DNA of 63,944 bases, counting the filler, from Platydemus manokwari (taxonomy: Eukaryota): NCBI GenBank assembly GCA_037951405.1. It is 4 parts of 4 records of this genome, joined end to end, with 100 filler letters (N's around TTAATTAATTAA, not from the genome) between each part and the next. Parts side by side here need not be neighbours in the genome. Positions count along the whole stretch, not along the records: positions 42,910 to 54,977 come from JBBMOY010316669.1; positions 55,078 to 63,944 come from JBBMOY011337206.1; 2 more parts are not named here. One strand, written 5' to 3'. A program made the translations under genes and the position numbers. Of the stretch, positions 52,106 through 63,944 are shown one piece after another. The stretch's first letter is position 1; each line of letters begins with the position of its first letter. Below the pieces are notes generated by a model. The model did no database searches and had not been told where the DNA came from. It was given only the letters and a program-made list of their open reading frames with translations.

Positions 52106-54894
52106 TAAAATCTTTTGTCTTTCATACATTTTTTCACTTTATAAAGATACACTATTCATTATTTGAGTTAAAATTAAATTATAAGTTATTACTAGTTATT
52201 TAATTTTATCTTTTGGTTAATAGTACTTATTATTTTGATTTAGAAATTCCTAAATTTTCAATGTATTTTTAATTATAAATGTTTACCTAGTCAAATGTAT
52301 GTATTTTGTGATTAATTATTGGTGTCAATGCATCATTTAAGTAATTGATTCCAAACGAGTCAGTTCTGAAATTTCCTGACCTAATAGTACTGAAATTACA
52401 GCAATGAATAAAGACACTCCTATTAAAGATTGGTCTTCAAGATATATTTGTTCTAATTTAACATTTATGAAATATTTGAAACTGCTTGCAATCATTTTTG
52501 AAGTATTTGTGTAACTTCTGTTGAGCAAGATGCTTTAGAAAGTTGATATCATAAATAAAATATCTCTTCTGTAGGTGTTTATTCTGTGTTGAATTGAACC
52601 CAATAGTTGAATTCATTCAAAATAGATTTATACTTTTAATATTTTACTTATTGTTTAATATTTGTGTTTTGAGCTTGTTCAATATTTTGTTTCTATCCCT
52701 ACTAGATATGAGACTTGTAATACTTTTATCTGCCTCTCTGAGATCAATAAGACCATCTAGAATTTGTAAATGTTCATCAACTTGATATGAAAATTAACAA
52801 ATATATAATTGTCTTGCTGGTCTCAGGATGTCATGCTCTTCAGGTAGGTAGAATGTCCGGGATACCAAGTCCAGAATGTCTAATTACTCTATCAATTTGG
52901 TATGCTAACTAATTAAATTCAGGAACAGCTAACTCTTGGCCAGTGAGAATGCTTTGGAAAGAGATATGATTTTAATATGCAAACACTGGTCGAGTTAAAC
53001 TAGTTTTTCTATAATAAAATTAACCTGGAAGACTTAATAGGCGAGTGATTATAGTGTTAATTGATTTCGATTTTTGATAGTTTCTCACGAACTCCCTTAA
53101 TCTCAAAATAGTGTTATTAGATCAAATATAACTCTCTCCAATCACGCTTTTAAAAATAGTTTAGGCTTGTTTTTGAGTTATGCAAGCTATGGAATCATTC
53201 TGGTTATTATTTAGAGTTATATTTAATCTTGTGTTCCGTTTTTCGACAGCGTTTATATAGTCTTTGTTTATTGCTAGCTCGTCAACTTGTTTGGGCCTTA
53301 TGCTGAATGCATTTTTTAACAATGTTCATTTTGATTCACTGATTATCGCTGTTGTCTTAATCAGCATGAGTTCTTAGTTTAGTCATGGCTGTAACCTACC
53401 TTTTTGAGTTTATTATTCGCCACGGACAATTTTATAATTTGATGACAATAGGTTTGATAAAAATGATATAATTTATAATTTATTTGAATATCAGTCTCCT
53501 CTATCATGCTTATATATCCCCATTATCTACGTTTAGCGACATATTCGTTGACTTTAAATATCGAAGAAACTTCATATGAATTTTTACAAAACTTGTTGGA
53601 GCCCAATCCAGCTCACTTGCAAATAAAGTCAGTTTCACAAAACTACCTTGACAATTAATCATTAAACAGCATTGTCATCACAATTCAATCTTATTGTCTC
53701 CAGAAAATACATAGCTAGATCAAAATCAATTCCCAGATCCATCTCTCATGAACTATATGAAGTAATATTTGACCAAAAGTTGTTTACTTTCATTTCATGT
53801 AGGCACTTAATAGAATATTTAATCATTATGTTAATGTATTATTGTTTTTTTTATTTTTATGTAAAAACAAGGTGGGATATTAGTTAAATTATGATGACAA
53901 ATGAGCATTAATAATAGAAATAATAAGTGAAAAAGTTAAGCGATAAAACAATAATAAAATATTAAATTAATAAAATATTAAAAATAAAAGGCATTAAATA
54001 ATAACAACTAATAAATGAATAAAAATACAATGACAAAAATCAAAACAGCAATAATGACGATAGTTAGACCAAAAAATTTCGTGATTAATTCATGATAAAA
54101 CGTACGAAAAGCGATCCAGAATAGAACAATGATAACCGCCCACGCAACTACCAGGCTATAAATACTAGAACCATATGTCGACCAACCACTAATTAAAGAT
54201 TACAGTTGCTATTTGTGGCACTACAGTTGACGCAGGAAACATTCGGCATAATCAATTACATTTAATTGTAGTTATTAAAAAATTGACCAGTGCTAGTGTT
54301 GGAATATTATTGCGAACCAACATTGTTATTGTTTCAATTATTGATTGATCCACAGCCAGTTACTGAGAAACATATTTTCGCAGATATACTATTAATGAAT
54401 GTTTTCTGATCCATCAATTTGAGTGAAGAAACAGTAAAATCACTGGTTAATAATTATTTTATGTATCAACTACTATTAACCATTTTTAATAACAACATTT
54501 TTTTGTTATCATATTTAATTAACAAATATTTCTATCTTCTCCATCGCTTAGGCTGCCGATGAATCACTTTCATGACACATCGAGCATTGAATATCATTAA
54601 TTTTTTATTTAGCTTTGCTGATTATTTATTTTTCTTTTTTTCAAAAATAAAATTTTTAACCGATAATTGCCTTTTATCACCTTTATTTAAACAAAGTAGA
54701 GTATAAATATAAAGGATATCATATACAACTTCGAATTTGAGAAAAAAAGAAGTAGTGCCAAATTTAGTCTCAATTGCACCTATTGTGATTTATAAATTCT
54801 AGACTAAATGTCTAGATAAAATTTTCTGATAGTATAGTGTGCAATACTTGCTATAGAAGTCCTTTAAGAGCCAGTAAAAGTAACCAAGCTATAA

Positions 54895-54977
54895 TATTAG
54901 GGTGAACCAAAAGTTCTTTCCGATTTTTTATTAAAAATTTAAACATAATTTTACAACAAATGGAAAACAATTAAGTT
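54895..54977. mobile_element. Mariner-type terminal inverted repeat cut by gap
   Basis: TA + TTAGGGTGAACCAAAAGTTCTTTCCGATTTTT resembles typical mariner TIRs (TTAGGTTGGTGCAAAAGT...). Confidence 0.6.
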
Positions 54978-55077
54978 NNNNNNNNNNNNNNNNNNNNNNN
55001 NNNNNNNNNNNNNNNNNNNNNTTAATTAATTAANNNNNNNNNNNNNNNNNNNNNNNNNNNNNNNNNNNNNNNNNNNN
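54978..55077. other. Assembly gap with artificial linker
   Basis: 44 N + TTAATTAATTAA + 44 N. Confidence 0.98.
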
Positions 55078-55153
55078 TTATTTTTATTTTATTTTTATTT
55101 TATTTTTATTTTATTTTTATTTTATTTTTATTTTATTTTTATTTTATTTTTAT
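55078..55153. repeat. (TTTTA/TTTTTA)n simple repeat
   Basis: Mixed 5- and 6-mer units seen directly. Confidence 0.95.
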
Positions 55154-58100
55154 CTTGACTTTTTCTTTTTCTTAGTTTCGGAAGTGTCCGCTCATCATAA
55201 TATGCACCAGTATCCTCATTGCTGATTTTGTTAACTTCAGCACATGAGAACCTTTACAATTTGATTAAATTCGTTATTTTAAATATTTATTACAGTTTAT
55301 TATTGCCAATACACTTTTCCTTCAAAATTACTCTAAAAGCTTTATTCATTTATTTCATTCGAATAATACCTTTTAAAAATATCAATGAAAATTTGATTGG
55401 TTTTTTGTAACGCTGAAAAGAAATAACATGTATAAGTTGGATCCTTGGTTGCTTTTTTGGAAGAATTAATGAAGAATTTTTATAAAGTGATTGGATATTG
55501 ATTGAATTAACTCATTCAAAAGACGTTATCTTAATGTAAAAAGCTTTGAAGAACTTAAAAAAGTGAAGACGAAACAATGATCTATTAAAACTAGAGTAGG
55601 TTTATTTATTTGTGTGCTTATATGGAGTGTGCGCGCCTTCACAAAAGCACTGATTTTAATTCCAAAAGTATGGGGTTATACTTTTATATTGTTGAGACAA
55701 TCTTAGTTATAAAGAAAGAAGAATTAATAAATAATAGAAAAATAATGGAAATCATATAATATGTTATTTCACTGACATTCTTATTGATCGAAAATATAAT
55801 AAGAAGTTAGAACCCCACAATTTAAGTATATTTAATAACAATAGTTCAGTTATATTTCATTAGTTTCTGTGAATTATAAATTGGTCGAAATTTGAAATGA
55901 ACTATTAAGAATGTAGTGATTCTTGAGAGCAATGAACTTGTAACATGATTTCATGGGGAAGCTCCATTTATTCATTTTTTTATTAATGATCACTACCATG
56001 AAAGTTTTTATCGTATTTGAGTGTTAACAAATGACATTGTCGATATAATTTTCCACCTTTCCTATCACATTAAGAAGTCTATCTTCTTATTTTTTAAAAA
56101 AAGATTTCTAAAATTATTACTGCGCTACATTTAATAAAACTGAACAAGGAATTAGAAATTTAAAACATTTTTTAATAGGAACGGGGGTTAACAATGGATA
56201 TGCTGTACCATGAGTTCAATACATTTTGACCATCTTATCAATAGCAATTTATACGTTGATATGTTATGTAAAATTATCGAACGCGGTTTCCATGTTTTGA
56301 TTGTGTGTGTTTCAAAAAGGTTTTTTGGTTTATTATAATGAATGTTATTTATTACGGTTACATTTAAAGTATGAATAACCGATTGAAATAATAATTTAAT
56401 TATAATTTTATAATTCATACTACTTATATTTGTCAATAGAACAAACAATTTTAACTTCTAATATTTCATTGGAAATTAAGTGTTTTTATTTTTATAATTA
56501 TTCTTTATGTTACAATGCACCTTAAATATTCCTATAGCCTTGCTCTTAATATTATTCTATTATATTGAAAATTATTAGACGAAGACCAAACATTTTATTT
56601 TTGGTAAATCAATATTTCGGCTAGATCTTGCAAGATTATTAATTTGGTTAATTTGGTATTTTCTACTTTAATGAAACAAATGTGTCCCAAAATGTAAATA
56701 ATTCAATAATCGAACGATGAATAATGTACAGAACTAAGTGAAAATATATATTATTAAATCTCAATGGATGCTCAGCATCTTAGATAATTCAGCATCAATT
56801 CTAAATTTGATTAAAATTCCATGAATTAATAGATTTAATAATAATTAATAATAAATGTTTACACGGAATGAGTGCAAACCAGATTTTTATTAAATTTCAT
56901 TCGTGTTTCGACCAAGGCAAAGAAAGAAATAGAATCAATTCAAATGATAAAATAAAAACTGGATTAGAAATATATTTGAATTTAAATGGTTGTAATTCTA
57001 AGTTTTTAAAAATGGCTTTTTATCGTTTGAAATAAAAATTATGAATAAAATATTATTTTTGTTAAAATATTTTGATTAAATATATATTTTAGGTTAACTT
57101 TTAAAAATCGTTTTCAATTTTTTTACAATTAAACAGCATTAGCTAACAGTGATAAAAAAATTTCTAATGTATGAATTTAAATCAAATTGTATTACTTTGT
57201 TGTATTGAAATATAATATAAAGTCCTGTTACGAAAACTTATCATTTTACAATCTAGAGCTCTGGGCTCATGTGTAGTTAAGTATTAGATAATCGGACCAC
57301 AAGAGTCGGACCCTATTTAAGAAGTATATAAATGTAATTATCATCCAGTGTATAATGGGGAAAGGAGAGCAATGGGACTAGGAGTACCAAATATTGGAAC
57401 TGACACCGAAGATATTAATGGTAGTGACAATGGATCCAAGAAGTAGAATGAGTCTGCAAATCTTCAAGACAGCATTTACTAACTAATGACTTTTTTTTAC
57501 CGGACTAAACAGGGTTTTCTTTTACTATTGAGAAAATGAAGAGTAGAACATGATGTCTGAGCCGATCTTCAGAAAGGTCTTAATGATAATTTTGGCGAAT
57601 TAAGTTTTTTAAATCTTAACTTTATTTTATAATAGAGTGATAAGAATAACTAAAATCTTTCTTCATATGTGTTGGTTACCAAAATCGGAAGTCATGTTTT
57701 TTTAAAAAAAACAAATAAATTATTAATTACATTGAATTTCAAATAATTTTAAATTTGTCCCATCAGATTTATTTTTAATTTTTTTATCAAAATATGAAAA
57801 TTCCCAGATTTTTATATTAAATCTTTTTTTAATTAAAAATTTCAATTTTATTTTTATAATTTTAATACTGCGAATTTAACAGTATTGCTTAGCAAGATCC
57901 TCTTATAAATATTAATATGGTATATTTATTTTTTAACGTAATTTTTTAAAATATTTTTGGCACAATTTTAATCTTATGTAAATTTTAATTATTTATCGCA
58001 TTTTTAAATAAACCTCACAATATGATTCTATTATTTATCAGTAAGTATCAATTTCCTATTCACAGCTATTATTTGTAATCTGTGAAGCGTCAGGTAATAC

Positions 58101-59416
58101 CATTTTTATTTATTTTGTGATAGAATAATGATGTGAACTTGAATGCAATATAATAAAGCAAATAATAAAATTATCTCACTAATTTGTTTGGTCCTTGAAT
58201 TATTCTTTTTATTTATTTGAATTCATTTTAAGGAATCTTTGATATTTGAATATAATGTAATTAATGCGATTAAACAAACATTTTAACAAATATAGTTTGA
58301 TTCAATTTTTATTTAGAGTTGATGCAATTAAATTAATGGCCTTTATAATTAAGATAGTAATGCAAGTAAATAATAATCATATCTCGGTTTTATTTATTCT
58401 GAAATTAATTTATTATTTCTCCAAAAATCAAGTAAAACTCTTCTTTAGAAGTCTGGGGAAAAATTTTTATTAATTATTGTTTATCATATTTGTATATTAT
58501 TTTTATATTAACAAGTGATGATTTTAAATCGCATATTATATCAGTCCATTTGGAATGTTTACTCTATCCGTCTAGATAAATTTATTTCTGAATATTAATC
58601 TTATAATTCAAAATAATCTTATGATTCAAAAGTCTGTGACAACTTAATTTACCTGAGCAAAATTATTTCAAATAGAAAAAAGTATTGCATTACTTGGAGA
58701 ATTTTAAAACGAAAATATTATGTTAAATATTATAAATTCACTTAAGAGGTAATAATAACGTTCTGGTGGCTAGTATTACAATAAATCAATTCAATACACA
58801 AACCTGAGTTTCAATAGCACAATTTTGTGTGTATTTTTTTCAATTTCGAAATTTTCATGCACAGCTTTCATTATATCGTTCATCCTTTAGAATAAAACGA
58901 ATTAATTTGGTTGACTTGTGTCTACATGATAGGTGAAATTAATCAGACTTAATTAAAAATTAATTGTAGACAAGCATTAATTTACCAATTTTTGGTGTCT
59001 AAGTTGCGCTTTATGTTTATTTTCAAATAAATTTCAATTTATTAAGTTGTTTATTAATTTAAAGCCGCTTGTTTTACAAGTAGTGTTGATATAAAATTAA
59101 AATATAGAAGTGAATATTGAGCAGATCGATTTTTTTGTTTTTGATATTCATATCTGTTGATAATAAGCTATTTTCTGATAGCAACCCATCTGTCAACTTC
59201 CCCTAATTTAACCTGTTTAATGAAATTTGGTCATGTAATCGGTATTCTTAGAAGACCACTTGAGTATTATCACTTGGAAAGAGATAGACATAGCAATCCT
59301 AGCAATTATTGTTAAAAATGCCTAATTTAACTATAAAATAGAAGATAAAATAAATTTTGTCTCTTATTCGATATTCTTTTTAAACAAGGTGAATAAATCT
59401 GCTGAAGTTAAAAAAA

Positions 59417-59944
59417 GGTTCTAAAATAAAATTTTAAATTTGTTGAGTGTATTGCAAAAATCTATATAGTTTATTTAATTATTTTTTTAAAAAACACTTT
59501 CAAGTTATTATTTTATTACTTAAGAAGAATTTTAGTTGTTGGTAAACAAAGATTGAACACACTGGTGCTTCAAAATATACTTAAATATGATTATTTAAAA
59601 AAGGATCAAAATAGGTCAAATTGCAATTTATTAAAAATTATTGAGTGCCCTCTTTTTAACATTAGAAGTAAGTTAGAAGTAAGTTGAGAGATTCTCCCAA
59701 TATTTATTATTATTTGATAAAAATAAGCAATGATATTATTAAACATGTCATATAGAAGTGTTGTGATTTTTAAAATTGTTTTTGCTCCTATTTGACATCC
59801 TAAAAAGTGAGATATTAGCTGAATTATAAAAATAAATCAATCATTGTGATTATATATAAAATTAAATTATAAAATTATCTCATGCGAGAGAAAATTCATT
59901 ATTACAAAAAGTGGGTCAAAAGACCCCTATTCTTAACTTAAACC
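59417..59944 (+). mobile_element. Merlin-derived repeat, short subfamily, copy E
   Basis: Starts ggttctaaaataaaattttaaatttgttgagtgtattgc and ends gggtcaaaagacccctattcttaacttaaacc; colinear with copies A and D. Confidence 0.75.
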
Positions 59945-62900
59945 AATAAATTTATTTACATTTTTGCAAATAACTATAAAAATTATCGATTAACTTGTTA
60001 AAATAGTTTCAATAAAACGAACAAATTAATAATCGTCTACTGGTTTAAATGTCCTTTGATCGTTGTGTAATTAATTCTCTGTTGAGCGGCATAAGAAAAA
60101 CAAAAACTAGTTTTAAAGATTGCTGCTAAAATGTCGAATCGAAAATTGATATTCAAATATAGTTGCCATAATAATTTTCTCCTGGCTTTTAATAAGGCAA
60201 ATGTTTTGAGAGCTAATTTTAGATGCAAATTCAAAACAGGCAACTGCTCTTAGAATAACGAAAAACTGACAAAAACCTTGAATCTTTTATGACTTTAAAT
60301 GTATAGACAAGATTGATTTTATTATTCGTGTTTCATTCTCTATGAAAACAGAATAATGAAATTCAAGTTGGACAAAAATTGGCTTACAAAACTTTCCATT
60401 GTTTTTATTTCTACAAAATTCATATCGAAAGTCTTTGTCAAAATGAAAGAATAATTGTTCTCAAATGTCAGTTCATCTCATCTCTCTTTCGCCTTGTTTT
60501 CGTTTGGCTTAAATTGCCCAGATATCGAAATATATGTGATTGCCCGTAATTGGATGGTGGAACAATCAGAAAAACTCATATCACTAAAGCTGATGAATTA
60601 TTTCAAAATGGTGTGTCATCATTTGACATGCACGGAATGCATTGATTCACATATATTTCAAATAATTCAACCGAGCTAGTAGAACTCTAATCAACCAAAA
60701 ACAATTAAATTAATAAATGAATTTGGTGAAATATTTATTTTCTAATAAATCCATTAAAAATTATTTTATTTATAATTATCATATACAACTTAAATTTTAT
60801 TGGGTTTGTTTAAGTATTCGATAAAGAAACCGGTGTGTTCCAAGCCCAGACAGCTGGTTAGTGATTTTATATTGGAAAATTAGTTTCGGAACGACCAGCA
60901 GTCCGTGAGGGAACTGAAATTGGTAGAGTTGAGATTTCTCAGAGGTAAACTACTAATTAGTCGTGATAAGGCCTCTCCTTCTTAAGGCCGCTTGTCCAGC
61001 GAGTCACTCATTGCGCTCTACTGAGCCAAATCTACTCGTATAGAACTTGATTGAAAAGCCCCAAATTTATCATCAACTAACCTGATGATTTTCTTTCTTT
61101 CCATCGTCGATTCTCTCGCTGTCTAAATATTTTGTCGAAATCCACCGATTACTATGGAATGAAAACCTATTAAATAGAATGGCGTCTGTTAATACTTTCC
61201 ATCTGACAAAATCTCTCTTTAAATGACAATGGATAGAAACTGTTAAGATATCTAAGGAATTATTTACACGGTTATGAGAATAATTGCTCAACATCAGCTT
61301 GAAACAGATATGAATATAAATTAACTTTAACTAAAGACGGATTACTAAATAAACTATTATGATTAACGAATGTCCTTTATTATTAGAGTCGATCGGAATT
61401 TATTCCGGTTCCATGAGGAAAAGTTAATTAATCAAACTCTATTGATGTTAGTATTTTAGATAATCGACCAATTTCAGACCACACATGTTTCTGGTAAACG
61501 ATTTTTCTTCTCAAAATCCTTAATTGGATTAATGCACCTTATATTAATTTCAGTGGATAATTTAAAAATTCATCGCATCTATTTAACAGCAATATTTATC
61601 TTGATTCATAAATGTCAATGATGTTATTTCTGGATTGAAGATTGATATAAATATGTTTTTGGATCGACTTTGATTTGGTAACTTTGAAATAGTGATTGTC
61701 GCTCAAAAATTATGGCTTTCAATCTTATCAGTGATAATATTTCTCAGTGAACACGTCGATGAATGAATTGATTCGACATTTAATGAGATAATATGGCCAT
61801 AGCAAATATCACAAGATTACATCACAATGGTTTAATAACAAACAAACCAATTAAATTAGGGATATTTTGGATTTAATTCTATAAAGTCAGTCAAAGCATT
61901 CGTTTATACAAAATGCAAGATCCTTTTTTCCATGAAATAATTTCAGCATGAATTACATTTATAAACCAACATGTCCCATGTCATGATGTGTGGCAAAAAT
62001 GTTTCGATTTAGTGAAAAATACATGCAATCATCGGCTTAGAGTGCGATTTTGATTTTTCCTTGTCGGAGAGGAAACATTTATTTACAGACGGCAGATCTT
62101 TCGTTTGTGATTACAAATGGGAAAAAAAGATTTCTTGTATTGCATGTGTTCCGAAAAATACATTTATATCTCACGAAATCGTCTGATTAAATGCTGTTGG
62201 GAATCATTATTAAAACGAAAAAGTTTTTTTAATTCTGATTTAAATTCCACGTATGGATACACACACACATACATGCACTAATATTGAAAGTATAAATCGA
62301 CGGGCAACAATTTAATGGGAAAATTTTCGCATTTATTGTCGCGATTCTCAGACGATAATTATTTGATGATTTTGTAGGAATATTACGAAATGTTGCGTCG
62401 GATAATTTTCGAATTCATTCTATATACTTTGCGTGTTTTTTCTTGTTTGCTGGGATTTGATTTTCCGTTTTTTTGTTGGAAAATTAATTAATTCTAGAGT
62501 GGGTTTTTTCTTCTTCATTTTGCACTTAATGGTGTTTGAACAAATAATTTTCAAATTATATTTTCCATTCAAGTACTGATTTTCATTTTTCAAACGATAT
62601 TTTTACTATTAAAAACGAAGAATTTGAGGAACTTTTTTTGTTTTATTATATAAACTCTTTTGACAGCCACATTTAATCAAAGATCGGGGTGTTAAAATCG
62701 TTATTCGAGACTTAATAAGATATCACATAAGTTTTATCGAACTTGTTTTGTGGGGTTTTGAATTTTGATTAAATAAATCCGGTGTTTAATGGGTTCTCTG
62801 TTATTGACTGGTTAGTTTACAAGATTGAAACTATAATGATGCATGAAATCAAAAGCTAGATGTAAATAATTATGTTTACTTGTAACGAAATTCTATCTTA

Positions 62901-63874
62901 ATCAAATTATACTATAATTATGCTATTATTAATAATAAACAGATACAGGATTATATCTATTACACGCTTAAGGGTGACTAATTTGTAAACTCTTTGTGCA
63001 AGCTTTTATAAAGTTTGCTGTATTCATCTGTTACTTCTGTTGATGTTGATGGTTACAGAAACCTCTATATATAGAGGGAGAAACCATATTGTCAATTGCA
63101 ATTTTATTAAACAAGAATTGAAAACATATTAAGGAAGTCAACCCATTAAAGTATATTGACGAAAATATTCAAACTCATCATTTACATTTATTTTTTAATA
63201 TTTGTTTTAGTTGTAATGGTTAAACCCAGTTTATACAAACTTTAAACTCCTCGTATTAGCCTTACTTAAAGATCTTGATTTCTTCATATCTCTCGATATT
63301 GAATTCCCTATTTTGACACAATTCTATAATATAATTATCTTTCTAATCCATATTCTTTATAACAATCTTCTCTATATTTTACATTTTTCTTCTATCGATG
63401 TTGTCATAATCAAACCCAGATACCTGGCAACCATGTTCGTTCCTACTATTACATTAAAAACAAAATTTAAACTAATTATTCGTTGAAAAAATATATCATT
63501 TTAACAAAAATATTCAGAAATATTATTTTTAAAAATTTATTTAATTTTAACATCCATTCGTAACGTATTTGTGCATTTCCCTAAATTTAATTTCCATTTA
63601 TTGATTTAATACTTTTTTTGTTTTCTGTTAGACAGATCTACTACATGTTTGTTGAATTTATAATAATAATTTCTGATAAAATTTTATAATAATTTTCAAA
63701 ATAATAAAAATAAGTGTAATCAAAATAATGCAAATTAAAAAGATTTTAGCAGATCTAGAACGCATCACGGAATTTCATGAAAATTCTGATCATTTTTATA
63801 ATATTTGGGTTTTTGTAATTGGCTTAGAATTATTTTGTCATCCTCTATTATTTTAAGTTGTAGTTTGTATTTGA

Positions 63875-63944
<70 letters not shown>
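63875..63944. repeat. (ATT)n microsatellite running to window end
   Basis: More than 20 uninterrupted ATT units. Confidence 0.98.

Noticed and set aside
57330-57400. Fragment resembling the YGxExW thumb motif of RTE-type RT
   Set aside because: Too degenerate to support an element call.

Overview
Very AT-rich eukaryotic (animal) genomic DNA from a draft assembly, with three 100-nt gaps that each carry an artificial TTAATTAATTAA linker. Intron sizes of 42-49 nt, base composition and the transposon complement suggest a triclad flatworm (planarian); this is inference and cannot be confirmed here. Two host genes are well supported: a six-exon HSD17B10-type short-chain dehydrogenase (6566-7571, minus) and an intronless ATOH8/net-type bHLH gene (24622-25137, plus) followed by an E-box-rich island. 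Most of the rest is transposon debris: two decayed Ty3/gypsy elements, five copies of a Merlin/IS1595-derived repeat, mariner/Tc1 remnants, hAT MITEs and probable solo LTRs. The most notable structure is a decayed, near full-length NeSL/R5-type non-LTR retrotransposon (about 37330-42159, minus) with a Ulp1-like cysteine protease, RT and restriction-like endonuclease. It directly abuts the poly(A) end of a second, divergent element of the same type, and both have RVD in place of the canonical RPD endonuclease motif. Other leads are a palindrome-tiled putative LTR and two stem-loop-rich islands with no assigned identity. I cannot demonstrate a genuinely new system from sequence alone. Coordinates of decayed elements are approximate.
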